Source: Candidatus Nomurabacteria bacterium RIFCSPLOWO2_01_FULL_42_17
Lineage (GTDB): Bacteria > Patescibacteriota > Minisyncoccia > Phycocordibacterales > UBA9973
Direction: 5' to 3'
Assembly (NCBI GenBank): GCA_001785985.1
Contig: MFVE01000005.1
Location: 233,771 to 297,770 of the forward strand
DNA: 64,000 nucleotides
Within the stretch, counting starts at the first letter, position 1. Each line of letters starts with the position of its first letter. The notes beneath the pieces were generated by a model, which worked only from the letters and a program-made list of their open reading frames with translations, was not told the DNA's origin and ran no database searches. The position numbers and the translations under genes were made by a program. Below, piece by piece: positions 17,878 to 26,725 of the stretch.

Positions 17878-18384
17878 ATGCCAGAGAAGAAAGGAGAAAA
17901 AATTACTATTTATACTGATGGCGCGGCAAAGGGGAATCCTGGGAGTGCCGGCTGGGGCGCGGTAATTATTTCCCATAATGACAAGTTGAAAGTTGAAAGT
18001 GAAAAGTTGAAAGTGGTAGAGATAGGTGGGAAAGTAGATCATGCAACAAACAACCAAATGGAATTAACCGCGCCAATAGAAGCGCTGAAATATCTAAAGA
18101 ATACAGAGGTTAAACCTATGTATTTAGAGATAATTTCCGACTCTAAATATGTAATACTTGGGATTACCGAATGGATTTTCAACTGGCAGAAAAATAATTG
18201 GCGGAATGCTAATAAAAAACCGGTTTTAAACCGCGAACTCTGGGAAGAATTGTATTCGCTCGTGTCGGCATTGAAACCAAGATGGACCTATGTCAAAGGC
18301 CACAATGAAGACAAATACAACGATCGCGCGGACCTCATCGCCACCAGTTTCGCGGAAGGCGAACCAGTGGAACTTAAAAAATGA
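17878..18384 (+). CDS. rnhA: Ribonuclease HI
   Basis: ITIYTDGAAKGNPGSAGWGAVI, HATNNQMEL and GHNEDKYNDRAD. It has an in-frame GTTGAAAGT-type tandem repeat coding KLKVESEKLKVVE. Confidence 0.85.
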   Translation: MPEKKGEKITIYTDGAAKGNPGSAGWGAVIISHNDKLKVESEKLKVVEIGGKVDHATNNQMELTAPIEALKYLKNTEVKPMYLEIISDSKYVILGITEWIFNWQKNNWRNANKKPVLNRELWEELYSLVSALKPRWTYVKGHNEDKYNDRADLIATSFAEGEPVELKK

Positions 18385-19922
18385 GGGATAGAATTTTTTA
18401 TGTAGTTTGTTTTGGTTTTATTTTTGGAGTGCTTTGGCGATCTTTTTTATTTATAGATTTATATTTAGTTTTACTTATTTTTCTGTTAGCATTAGCCTTA
18501 CTTCTCTACTTTAGCGCACTAAAGAACTTTAGTTCGATAAAGTATCGCTGGGATATAATATCGACCGTCTTTGTTTTAACTTTTTGTCTGGGAATTTTTC
18601 GATTTCATACGGTTGATGTGCCGGCGTCTAGAATTTTCGCATTGCAAATAGATCAAAAAGTATCTTTTTCTGGAATTATTATAGACGAACCGAATATTAG
18701 AGAAAATAATCAAAAATTAACTATAAGGACGGTCCTTAAAGAAGTTTCCCCAAGGACCGTCCTTGAAAAACCGGCTAAAACAAAAATTCTAGCTACCGTG
18801 AATCTCGGGGAGAATTTTAAATATGGCGATGAAGTTAATTTTTCGGGTAAATTAGAAAAACCAGAGAATTTTGTTACCGATCAAGGCAAAGATTTTGATT
18901 ACATAAATTATTTACGCAAAGATGGGATTTTTTATGTGATGAGTTATCCGGAAATTGAAATTGTCTCGCGCGGAAATGGAAATAAAATAAAAAGCACCCT
19001 GTTTTCTATCAAAGAAAAATTTTTAGAAAAAATGAATTTAGCGATCAAGCCGCCTGAATCGCTCTTGATGGGTGGGCTTATTTTAGGAGAGAAAGCTTCT
19101 TTCAGTCAGGAGCTCAGGCAAGATTTCATCGACACTGGCACGATCCATATCGTGGCTCTCTCTGGCTACAACATCACCATCATTGCGGAATGGATCATGA
19201 AATTATTTTCAAAAGTTCCTTATGTGGCAAAAAATTTTGGCATCGGCATGGGTATTTTTGCAATTTTTCTTTTCGTATTGATGACGGGTGCTAGCTCTAC
19301 TGCGATACGAGCGGGGATCATGGCGATCTTAGCACTCGTCGCTCGCGCGACTGGTAGGAATTATGATGTCGCTCGAGCTCTGATCTTGGCGGCGGTGGGA
19401 ATGATTTTATTAAACCCCTTTATTCTCGTCTATGATGTTTCTTTTCAGCTTTCTTTTATCGCCACCGTCGCGGTAATATTCCTCACGCCCAGAATTGAAA
19501 AATATTTTCTCTGGGTGACAGATTCTTTCAAGCTACGAGATGTAGTGTCAGTGACTTGCGCCGCGTATATTTTCGTTTTGCCTTTTATTCTGTATAAAAT
19601 GGGCAATCTTTCGCTGGTCGCCTTGCCGGCAAACATTTTTATTTTACCCTTTATTCCTTTCACGATGGGCTTGGGTTTTTTGACCGGCTTGCTGGGTCTG
19701 ATACATTATATTTTAGCCGTGCCTGCGGGCTACATTTCATATTTGTTTTTACACTATGAGCTCAGCATCATAAGTTTTTTTGCAAATCTGCCATTCGCCT
19801 CATTTATCATTCCAAATTTTCCGCTCATCTTAACGATTCTGATTTATGTCTATTTTATTTACCGACTTTTTGGCAGAAATATAAAGAATTTTTTTATTGA
19901 CAAACAGGGCATCACCTGTTAA
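18381..19922 (+). CDS. comEC: Competence protein ComEC/Rec2, membrane channel part (DUF4131 plus Competence domain), without the MBL domain
   Basis: Polytopic membrane protein with DTGTIHIVALSGYNITII (the ComEC signature). It ends with a stop before any MBL domain. Confidence 0.8.
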   Translation: MRDRIFYVVCFGFIFGVLWRSFLFIDLYLVLLIFLLALALLLYFSALKNFSSIKYRWDIISTVFVLTFCLGIFRFHTVDVPASRIFALQIDQKVSFSGIIIDEPNIRENNQKLTIRTVLKEVSPRTVLEKPAKTKILATVNLGENFKYGDEVNFSGKLEKPENFVTDQGKDFDYINYLRKDGIFYVMSYPEIEIVSRGNGNKIKSTLFSIKEKFLEKMNLAIKPPESLLMGGLILGEKASFSQELRQDFIDTGTIHIVALSGYNITIIAEWIMKLFSKVPYVAKNFGIGMGIFAIFLFVLMTGASSTAIRAGIMAILALVARATGRNYDVARALILAAVGMILLNPFILVYDVSFQLSFIATVAVIFLTPRIEKYFLWVTDSFKLRDVVSVTCAAYIFVLPFILYKMGNLSLVALPANIFILPFIPFTMGLGFLTGLLGLIHYILAVPAGYISYLFLHYELSIISFFANLPFASFIIPNFPLILTILIYVYFIYRLFGRNIKNFFIDKQGITC

Positions 19923-19980
19923 AAAGAGTTTAAATAGTAGTTGACAACAAAAAACAACAAAGCAGAAAGAGAGCGCAGTT

Positions 19981-20991
19981 ATGAAAAAAATAAAAAACCA
20001 GTCGAGCGTCAAGCTTGGAGTGGTAATGGTTCACCGTGGCTTCAATGCGCACAAGATGAATGGTAATCGCTTCGATTATGTGGTCGGGCTCGACTGGCTG
20101 ATTAAGCATTCACCCGTCGAGATCAGCGCGGTTCAGGTCCCCCTGTTTCCGGATCATCTCCGTGAAGGCAAGGGACTTGCCAAAACCAAGAGGCTTTTCA
20201 AGGAGCTGAGGAAACGCGTGAGATATGTTGTTCCTGTTCTGATGCTAACTACGAATCCACTCGATCCAAAAAACAAGTCGGAGGCGATAGAAACTCTTCG
20301 CAACGGTCTGGTGCAGTCTGGTGAACTTGGATCTGAGGTCTGTGCTGCAACATCCTTCGAGGCGTGGCTTGATGGAACCATTAATGGTCTAAAGCCGCTC
20401 AAGGGCAAAAAACTCAGGAAGGCGATTGATCTTCTGGTGGATATCCATGTCAGTGCAATACACGCTGCATATCAAGAGAGGTGTGGTGTGCAACGCTTGG
20501 ACATGGAGTATTTGCGTCCTGGTGAGTTCATCACCTTTACGAACATGCGCATCGCGCTTCGGGTGATTGGTGAAATCAATCGGAAATTGCAATGTGGCTT
20601 CATTTGCCGTCTACTCGACGACACTGCTCACGCCAAGGATTCCGGTCTCTCCATGAAAGATCAAAACAAAGTGCGGGGTATTTGTTCTTGTTCTGATAAT
20701 CATCATATAGGTACATGTCACGCATCCGAACCCACTACTCGTGGCGCACTTGGTAGCGGAGGTTCTGCTGTGGTGCAAGGCATTCGTTCCATGTACCGCC
20801 ATGGAAATCCTCGTACTCTCATGGTTGAAATCTTTGATTGTGAGGGGGAAGAAACGGCGCCGATGCGCCAGTACATCAAAGGATATGGGAAAAAGACCTA
20901 CCGTGACATCAACGTCGCCGTGGTAGAGGGTCTCATCCTGGTCCAGAATACTCTCAACCAGCTTGCTGGTGAAAGAAATCTCCTGGACTAA
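19981..20991 (+). CDS. Hypothetical protein, 336 aa, on a GC-rich (~50%) segment; no family recognised
   Basis: A long ORF with a compositional shift relative to its neighbours. It has an RBS-like agaaagagag upstream and a terminator hairpin downstream. Confidence 0.5.
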   Translation: MKKIKNQSSVKLGVVMVHRGFNAHKMNGNRFDYVVGLDWLIKHSPVEISAVQVPLFPDHLREGKGLAKTKRLFKELRKRVRYVVPVLMLTTNPLDPKNKSEAIETLRNGLVQSGELGSEVCAATSFEAWLDGTINGLKPLKGKKLRKAIDLLVDIHVSAIHAAYQERCGVQRLDMEYLRPGEFITFTNMRIALRVIGEINRKLQCGFICRLLDDTAHAKDSGLSMKDQNKVRGICSCSDNHHIGTCHASEPTTRGALGSGGSAVVQGIRSMYRHGNPRTLMVEIFDCEGEETAPMRQYIKGYGKKTYRDINVAVVEGLILVQNTLNQLAGERNLLD

Positions 20992-21010
20992 ACAAAATAT
21001 CGAAATCAAA

Positions 21011-21044
21011 CACCCCGGATAGCAATATCTGGGGTGCCTTTTTT
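21011..21044. terminator. Bidirectional terminator hairpin between the 19981 gene and the SOD gene
   Basis: caccccggata-gcaa-tatctggggtg followed by ccttttttatttt. The T-tract overlaps the SOD stop codon. Confidence 0.55.
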
Positions 21045-21636
21045 ATTTTGCTTTAGCAAAATTTTCTTCTATTACCTCCCAATTTAGATTTTCAAAAAAA
21101 GCTTCCACATATTTTTTCTTTTCGGAAGTTGGATAATCATATACGAAGGCGTGTTCCCACATATCGAGTCCGAGTATCCATTCCACACCGTTTAATTGTC
21201 CCAAATGCTGTTCGTCTATCCAGATGTGCACAAACTGGTCTGTTTTCTTGTCATAGCCCAAAACTGCCCAACCCACTCCGCGCGTCATGGCCAATATTTT
21301 AAAACTAGTCAGCCATAAATCAAAAGAAGGGGCCTGTTTTTCTATCGCCGCTTTCAATTTAGAATTTGCGGGCAGTGCTTTCTTTCCGCCTTCAAGAGAT
21401 TTGAAATAATATTCGTGATTTCTGATTCCGTTAAATTCGAAACTAAATCTTCTCTGCAATTCCCCGAGAATGTACATATTTTTTTCCGGGTCCGACATCA
21501 ATTCTCCTATTTTCTCCACGATTAAATTAGTGCTTTTCACATAGCCCGCATACAGCTTCAAATGTTCTTCTACATTTTTGGCCGATATGCCTTCGAGTGT
21601 CCCAATATTAAATTTTATTTCTTCAAATTTTTTCAT
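21043..21636 (-). CDS. sodA: Fe/Mn superoxide dismutase
   Basis: HEYYFKSLEGG and DMWEHAFVYDY (the DxWEHAYY motif). 197 aa. Confidence 0.88.
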   Translation of the reverse strand: MKKFEEIKFNIGTLEGISAKNVEEHLKLYAGYVKSTNLIVEKIGELMSDPEKNMYILGELQRRFSFEFNGIRNHEYYFKSLEGGKKALPANSKLKAAIEKQAPSFDLWLTSFKILAMTRGVGWAVLGYDKKTDQFVHIWIDEQHLGQLNGVEWILGLDMWEHAFVYDYPTSEKKKYVEAFFENLNWEVIEENFAKAK

Positions 21637-21652
21637 ATGCTAACATTATACC

Positions 21653-22522
21653 ATGATTCGAGACAAGAAAGGTTATGGTTTATTTATATTTGTTTTAATT
21701 CTGATTGCAATAAATATTTTCTTGTTTCATCAAGATTTTCGTTCTTTGGAAAAGAATCTTACTTTTGCGATGCTGGATGTTGGCCAGGGCGATGCGCTTT
21801 TTATCGAGTCGCCGACCGGTACGCAAATATTGATAGACGGAGGACCGCCCGGGAAAATAATGGGCGCTTTGCACCGCGTCATGTCTCCATTTGATAGACG
21901 GATAGATGCAATCATTATTACCAACCCAGATCAAGATCATATTGGCGGCTTTGCTGATATTCTGAAAGTTTATAAAGTGAATGGAGTATTTGAGCCTGGC
22001 ACGTTTAATGATTCTAAAATTTATCAAAATCTGAAAGAAGAAATAAAAAATAAAAATATTCCGGATATTTTAGCGAAAAAAGGGATGCGGCTTCATATCG
22101 GAGGCGGAGCGGTGATCGATATTTTATTTCCTGATCGCGATGTCTCGTTGTGGGATACAAATGATGGTTCAGTCGTGGCAAGGCTCTCTTATGGCGAGAC
22201 GTCTATAATGCTTACTGGTGACTCAACTTCAATAACAGAGAAAATAATTCTCAAAGAAAATTCTCCTGCGCGACTAGAGAGCACTATTTTGAAAGTTGGA
22301 CATCATGGTTCACGCACTTCTACTTCTCACGATTTTGTTAAAGCAGTTTCCCCGAAGTTCGCGCTTATCTCAAACGGCAAAGACAATAAATATGGTCATC
22401 CGCATCAGGATACACTGAGTACTTTAGCTCAGTTTGGCGCTAAAATTCTACGTACAGACCTGCTCAGAACTATTGTTGTTAAATCAAATGGATCCATGTT
22501 AAGATGGGAACATGCGAGATAA
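21653..22522 (+). CDS. ComEC-type MBL-fold metallo-hydrolase domain protein (standalone ComEC C-terminal domain with an N-terminal TM helix)
   Basis: FAMLDVGQGDALFIESP...ILIDGG, ITNPDQDHIGG, GHHGSRTS and HPHQDTL are the characteristic motifs of the ComEC Lactamase_B domain. Confidence 0.8.
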   Translation: MIRDKKGYGLFIFVLILIAINIFLFHQDFRSLEKNLTFAMLDVGQGDALFIESPTGTQILIDGGPPGKIMGALHRVMSPFDRRIDAIIITNPDQDHIGGFADILKVYKVNGVFEPGTFNDSKIYQNLKEEIKNKNIPDILAKKGMRLHIGGGAVIDILFPDRDVSLWDTNDGSVVARLSYGETSIMLTGDSTSITEKIILKENSPARLESTILKVGHHGSRTSTSHDFVKAVSPKFALISNGKDNKYGHPHQDTLSTLAQFGAKILRTDLLRTIVVKSNGSMLRWEHAR

Positions 22523-23756
22523 ACTAGTAGAAAAACTAATTAAAAGCGAAGAAAAAAGGCAGAGGGAGGGCTTGGAGCTTATTCCTTCAGAAAATTATGT
22601 CTCCGAAGATGTTTTGAAGGCGAATGGTTCTGTGTTTACCAATAAATATTCCGAGGGCTATCCCGGACGGCGTTATTACGGCGGACAGGAGTTTACTGAT
22701 GGGATAGAGCGTTTGGCTATTGAACGAATCTGTAAATTATTTAATTGTAAATTTGCAAATGTTCAACCGCATTCTGGCGCGCCGGCGAATCTCGCAGTGT
22801 ATGCTGCGTTACTTCAACCCGGAGACACAGTACTCGGCATGGATCTTTCTCACGGAGGACATTTGACGCACGGACATCCGATGACTCTGCCAGCGAAGAT
22901 CTATAAATTCGTAACATATAAGATGAAGAATCCGGAAACCGGAGAAATTGACTATGAAGATATGAGACGGGTGGCAATCGCAAACAAACCTAAATTAATT
23001 ATTGCTGGATTTTCTGCTTATCCGCGAACATTGGATTATAAAAAATTCGTGGAAATCGCGCGCGAAGTGGGCGCCGTCACGATGGCGGATATGGCGCATA
23101 TTGCGGGGCTCATCGCCGCGGGGGTTCTTCGTAATCCGTTTGATGATGGTTTTGATATCATCACTTCTACGACGCATAAAACTCTACGTGGTCCGCGCGG
23201 GGGAATAATTCTGACACGAGAGAGTGAAGAAATTGCCAAGAAAATTGATAAATCAATTTTCCCCGGTATCCAAGGCGGTCCGCATATGCACATCATTGCC
23301 GCTAAAGCTGTCGCTTTCGGCGAAGCCATGACGCCAAAATTCAAAAAGTACGCAGCGCAGATTCTGAAAAATGCCAAAGCGATGGCCGAAGTCTTGCGAA
23401 AAAATAAAATTCGCATGATCGGTGGTGGGACTGACAACCATCTCATTTTAGCGGATATTTTCGGCTCGCTGGGCGTGACTGGCAAAGAAGCGCAGACAGT
23501 GCTGGATGAAGTGGGTATCACTCTTAATATGAATTCGATTGCAGGGGATACAAGAAAACCTCTTGATCCGTCAGGTATTCGTTTCGGCACACCAGCGATT
23601 ACAACGCGAGGTTTTAAAGAGCGTGAATGCGCAAAAGTAGCGGAGCTGATGATCAGAGTTCTGAAAAATAAAGACGATAAAAAAGTAAAAGAGTCCGTCC
23701 ACAAAGAAATAAAAGCTCTAGCCAAAAAATTCCCGATACCAAAGAGGTTTGTGTAG
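22512..23756 (+). CDS. glyA: Serine hydroxymethyltransferase
   Basis: SHGGHLTHG and a PLP-binding context (TTHKTLRGPRGG). 414 aa. Confidence 0.92.
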   Translation: MRDKLVEKLIKSEEKRQREGLELIPSENYVSEDVLKANGSVFTNKYSEGYPGRRYYGGQEFTDGIERLAIERICKLFNCKFANVQPHSGAPANLAVYAALLQPGDTVLGMDLSHGGHLTHGHPMTLPAKIYKFVTYKMKNPETGEIDYEDMRRVAIANKPKLIIAGFSAYPRTLDYKKFVEIAREVGAVTMADMAHIAGLIAAGVLRNPFDDGFDIITSTTHKTLRGPRGGIILTRESEEIAKKIDKSIFPGIQGGPHMHIIAAKAVAFGEAMTPKFKKYAAQILKNAKAMAEVLRKNKIRMIGGGTDNHLILADIFGSLGVTGKEAQTVLDEVGITLNMNSIAGDTRKPLDPSGIRFGTPAITTRGFKERECAKVAELMIRVLKNKDDKKVKESVHKEIKALAKKFPIPKRFV

Positions 23757-23765
23757 AAAATAAAT

Positions 23766-24458
23766 ATGGCGAAACGAGGCAAACTCATTGTAATAGACGG
23801 TATCGATGGCAGTGGGAAAGCGACACAGATAGAGCTTCTGATCAAACATTTGAGGAAAGACGGACGAAAAGTTCGGATCATTGATTTTCCAGACTATTAT
23901 TCGAACTTTTTCGGCAAATTTATCGGGCATTGTTTGTCGGAGCAATATTATAATTTCGTAAAGATCCATCCAAAGATTGCTTCGGTGCTTTTTGCCGCCG
24001 ACCGCTACGAGTCAAAAGTAAAGATTGAAAAGTGGTTGAAAGAAGGCAGTATCGTAGTTGCAAACAGGTATGCCAGCGCGAATCAGATTCATCAGGGCGG
24101 TAAAATTGGGAGTACAAAGAAGCGAGAAAGTTTTTTGAAGTGGCTGGCGGAGATGGAATATAAAGTTTTTAAAATTCCCAGACCGGATGTTATATTTTAT
24201 CTGAGTGTGCCGGTTCCTGTGGTACTAAAATTGATCAAAGAGAGAAATAAGAAAGGCGGCAGAAATTATTTAGGCAAGAAGCAGGATGTCCATGAAAAAG
24301 ATGTCCGATTTTTAACAAATTCCCGCAAGAGCGCGCTGTGGCTCGCAAAAACCCAAAAGGGCTGGATCAAAATAGAATGCGCTAAAAATGGCGAGATGAA
24401 TACTCGGGAAAATATTCACAAAGAAATTTATGAGAAAATTGAAAAGATTTTGAAATGA
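23766..24458 (+). CDS. tmk: Thymidylate kinase
   Basis: KLIVIDGIDGSGKATQ P-loop, DRY-like DRYESK and a lid region. Confidence 0.85.
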   Translation: MAKRGKLIVIDGIDGSGKATQIELLIKHLRKDGRKVRIIDFPDYYSNFFGKFIGHCLSEQYYNFVKIHPKIASVLFAADRYESKVKIEKWLKEGSIVVANRYASANQIHQGGKIGSTKKRESFLKWLAEMEYKVFKIPRPDVIFYLSVPVPVVLKLIKERNKKGGRNYLGKKQDVHEKDVRFLTNSRKSALWLAKTQKGWIKIECAKNGEMNTRENIHKEIYEKIEKILK

Positions 24459-24880
24459 AACTCAAAGTAAAAAAATTAAACAAAGATGCAACATTGCCCA
24501 CACACGGGCATCCTGGAGATGCTGGAATGGATTTTTATACTGTGCAAGACGTTACGTTTCCTCCAGGTAAACAGGCAAAGGTCCACACAGGAGTTGCTGT
24601 TGAGATACCAGAAGGGTATGCGGGCTTGATATGGGACAAATCTAGTATTTCCTTTAATTTTGGGCTCAAAGTTATGGGCGGAGTAATCGATGCGAGTTAT
24701 AGGGGTGAAATAATAATGAATCTTTTAAATGTTACAGAGAAGGAAGTGAAATTAGAAAAAGGGCACAAAATTGCTCAAATGCTAATACAAAAATTTGAAC
24801 ATTGTGATATTCTAGAAGTAGATGAACTTTCGGAAACTGTTCGGGGGGCAGGGCGAGAAGGCAGTACGGGACGGAAGTAG
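24455..24880 (+). CDS. dut: dUTP diphosphatase
   Basis: GDAGMDFY, GVIDASYRGEI and the C-terminal R..G motif. 141 aa. Confidence 0.88.
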   Translation: MKLKVKKLNKDATLPTHGHPGDAGMDFYTVQDVTFPPGKQAKVHTGVAVEIPEGYAGLIWDKSSISFNFGLKVMGGVIDASYRGEIIMNLLNVTEKEVKLEKGHKIAQMLIQKFEHCDILEVDELSETVRGAGREGSTGRK

Positions 24881-24914
24881 TAGAAAGTTATAAAGTTAAT
24901 AAAGTGAAAAGTAG

Positions 24915-26678
24915 ATGCAAGAAGAAATAAAAAATTTAATCAGAGAAGCTTTGAAAAATCTCAGCATAGAAGTCGAGGATATTACCCTAGAACATCCGGC
25001 AGATTTGGCGCGGGGAGATTATTCCACGAATATCGCCATGGCGATAGCCAAAAATGTAAAAGAAAATCCGAAAAAGCTGGCTGAAAAGATAGTGGCGGAA
25101 ATATCGAGATTAAATCTAGAAAAAAATATCGAAAAAGTAGAGGTTGCCGGCGTGGGTTTTATTAATTTTTATTTATCACGGAAATTCTTTAGCAAGAGTG
25201 TTGAAGAAATTGTAAATAAAGTAGAAAGTTTTGGGAAGAATGACGTTTTAGCTGACAAAAAAATAATGATCGAGTATACCGATCCGAACCCTTTCAAGCC
25301 TTTCCATATCGGGCACTTGATGACCAATGCCATCGGTGAATCGATCGCGAGAATTTTGGAACATTCCGGCGCGGTGGTGTCTCGGGCCAATTATCAAGGC
25401 GACGTCGGGTTGCATATAGCTAGGGCGATCTACGGACTTTTACAAAATGAAAAATTACAGGATAAAAAGGGTTCGAATGCTTTTCAGGCGGCGAATATCG
25501 GACGCGCTTATGCCCTGGGCTCTGGCGCATATGAAAATGACGTCGGTGGTTTTTTGGCAAAAAAAGAAATAGATGAAATAAATAAAAAAATTTACCACAA
25601 GAGCGATAAAAAAATAAATGAGATATACGACTGGGGATTTAAGGTGACGATGCAGGCCTTTGAGGATTTATATAAAATTCTTGGCACAAAATTTGATTTT
25701 TATTTTCTAGAGAGTCAAATGGCGCCGATCGGGGAGAGGATTGTCAGAGATAATTTAGACAAAATTATAGATTCTCCACACAGCAAGATGATTTTTGAAA
25801 AGTCTGACGACGCTATTGTGTTCAAGGCTGAAAAATATAATAAGGAAGGCCAGCCGAAACTGCATACGAGAGTTTTCATAACTTCACAGGGCTTACCTAC
25901 TTATGAAACAAAAGAGCTGGGCTTAACGTTTGAGAAATTTAAAACAAATCCAGAAATGAATTTGTCTATTATTGTCACCGCCAGCGAGCAGATGGATTAT
26001 ATGCGTGTTGTTGCCAAAGCCGTATCCCTTCTCCATCCAGATTTTGAAAGTAAAATGAAACACATCACCCACGGCATGATGCGCCTGCCTTCAGGCAAGA
26101 TGGGTTCGCGTAAAGGTAACGCAATTACTGGAGAGTCGCTATTAAATGATGCTCGGGACTTTATTTTGGAAAAAATGACGGATAGAGATTTCTCAAATGA
26201 GGAAAGAGAAAAAATTGCTTCTGACGTAGGTGTGGCAGCAGTGAAATACTCAATATTGAAACAAGCTACAGGCGGGGATATTGTTTACGATTTTGAAAAA
26301 TCTATATCTCTAGATGGGGATTCCGGTCCGTACTTGCAATATTCATTTGCCCGAGCCAATTCTGTTTTAGAAAAAGCAAAAATTGCAGAAATCTTGCCCG
26401 ATCCGCACGTTTTTCCGCCGGAGATTTTTGAAGTTGAAAAATTATTGTACAAATTCCCGGAAATCGTCTTGCGTTCCGCTAAAGAATACGAACCGCACTA
26501 TATCGCGAATTATTTGATCGAAGTCGCCCGTGCCTTCAACAGTTTTTATGGCAATAATCTGATTGTGAAGAAAGAAGACAAGGCCTCGTCCTACAAAGTA
26601 GCCCTAACTTACGCCTTCACTTTCGTGATGAAAACTGGTCTGCACCTGCTCGGCATTGAAACTCCAGAGAAGATGTAA
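24915..26678 (+). CDS. argS: Arginine--tRNA ligase
   Basis: Class I HIGH (PFHIGHLM), a DALR anticodon-binding domain and a KMSKS-like region. 587 aa. Confidence 0.9.
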   Translation: MQEEIKNLIREALKNLSIEVEDITLEHPADLARGDYSTNIAMAIAKNVKENPKKLAEKIVAEISRLNLEKNIEKVEVAGVGFINFYLSRKFFSKSVEEIVNKVESFGKNDVLADKKIMIEYTDPNPFKPFHIGHLMTNAIGESIARILEHSGAVVSRANYQGDVGLHIARAIYGLLQNEKLQDKKGSNAFQAANIGRAYALGSGAYENDVGGFLAKKEIDEINKKIYHKSDKKINEIYDWGFKVTMQAFEDLYKILGTKFDFYFLESQMAPIGERIVRDNLDKIIDSPHSKMIFEKSDDAIVFKAEKYNKEGQPKLHTRVFITSQGLPTYETKELGLTFEKFKTNPEMNLSIIVTASEQMDYMRVVAKAVSLLHPDFESKMKHITHGMMRLPSGKMGSRKGNAITGESLLNDARDFILEKMTDRDFSNEEREKIASDVGVAAVKYSILKQATGGDIVYDFEKSISLDGDSGPYLQYSFARANSVLEKAKIAEILPDPHVFPPEIFEVEKLLYKFPEIVLRSAKEYEPHYIANYLIEVARAFNSFYGNNLIVKKEDKASSYKVALTYAFTFVMKTGLHLLGIETPEKM

Positions 26679-26725
26679 CTTTATTTTTGCTTGAATATTT
26701 TGGCTAAAAATGTATAATCAGGCGA

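Noticed and set aside
23036-23881. 281-aa ORF antisense to glyA
   Set aside because: glyA has unmistakable SHMT motifs. The antisense frame is low-complexity with no signals.
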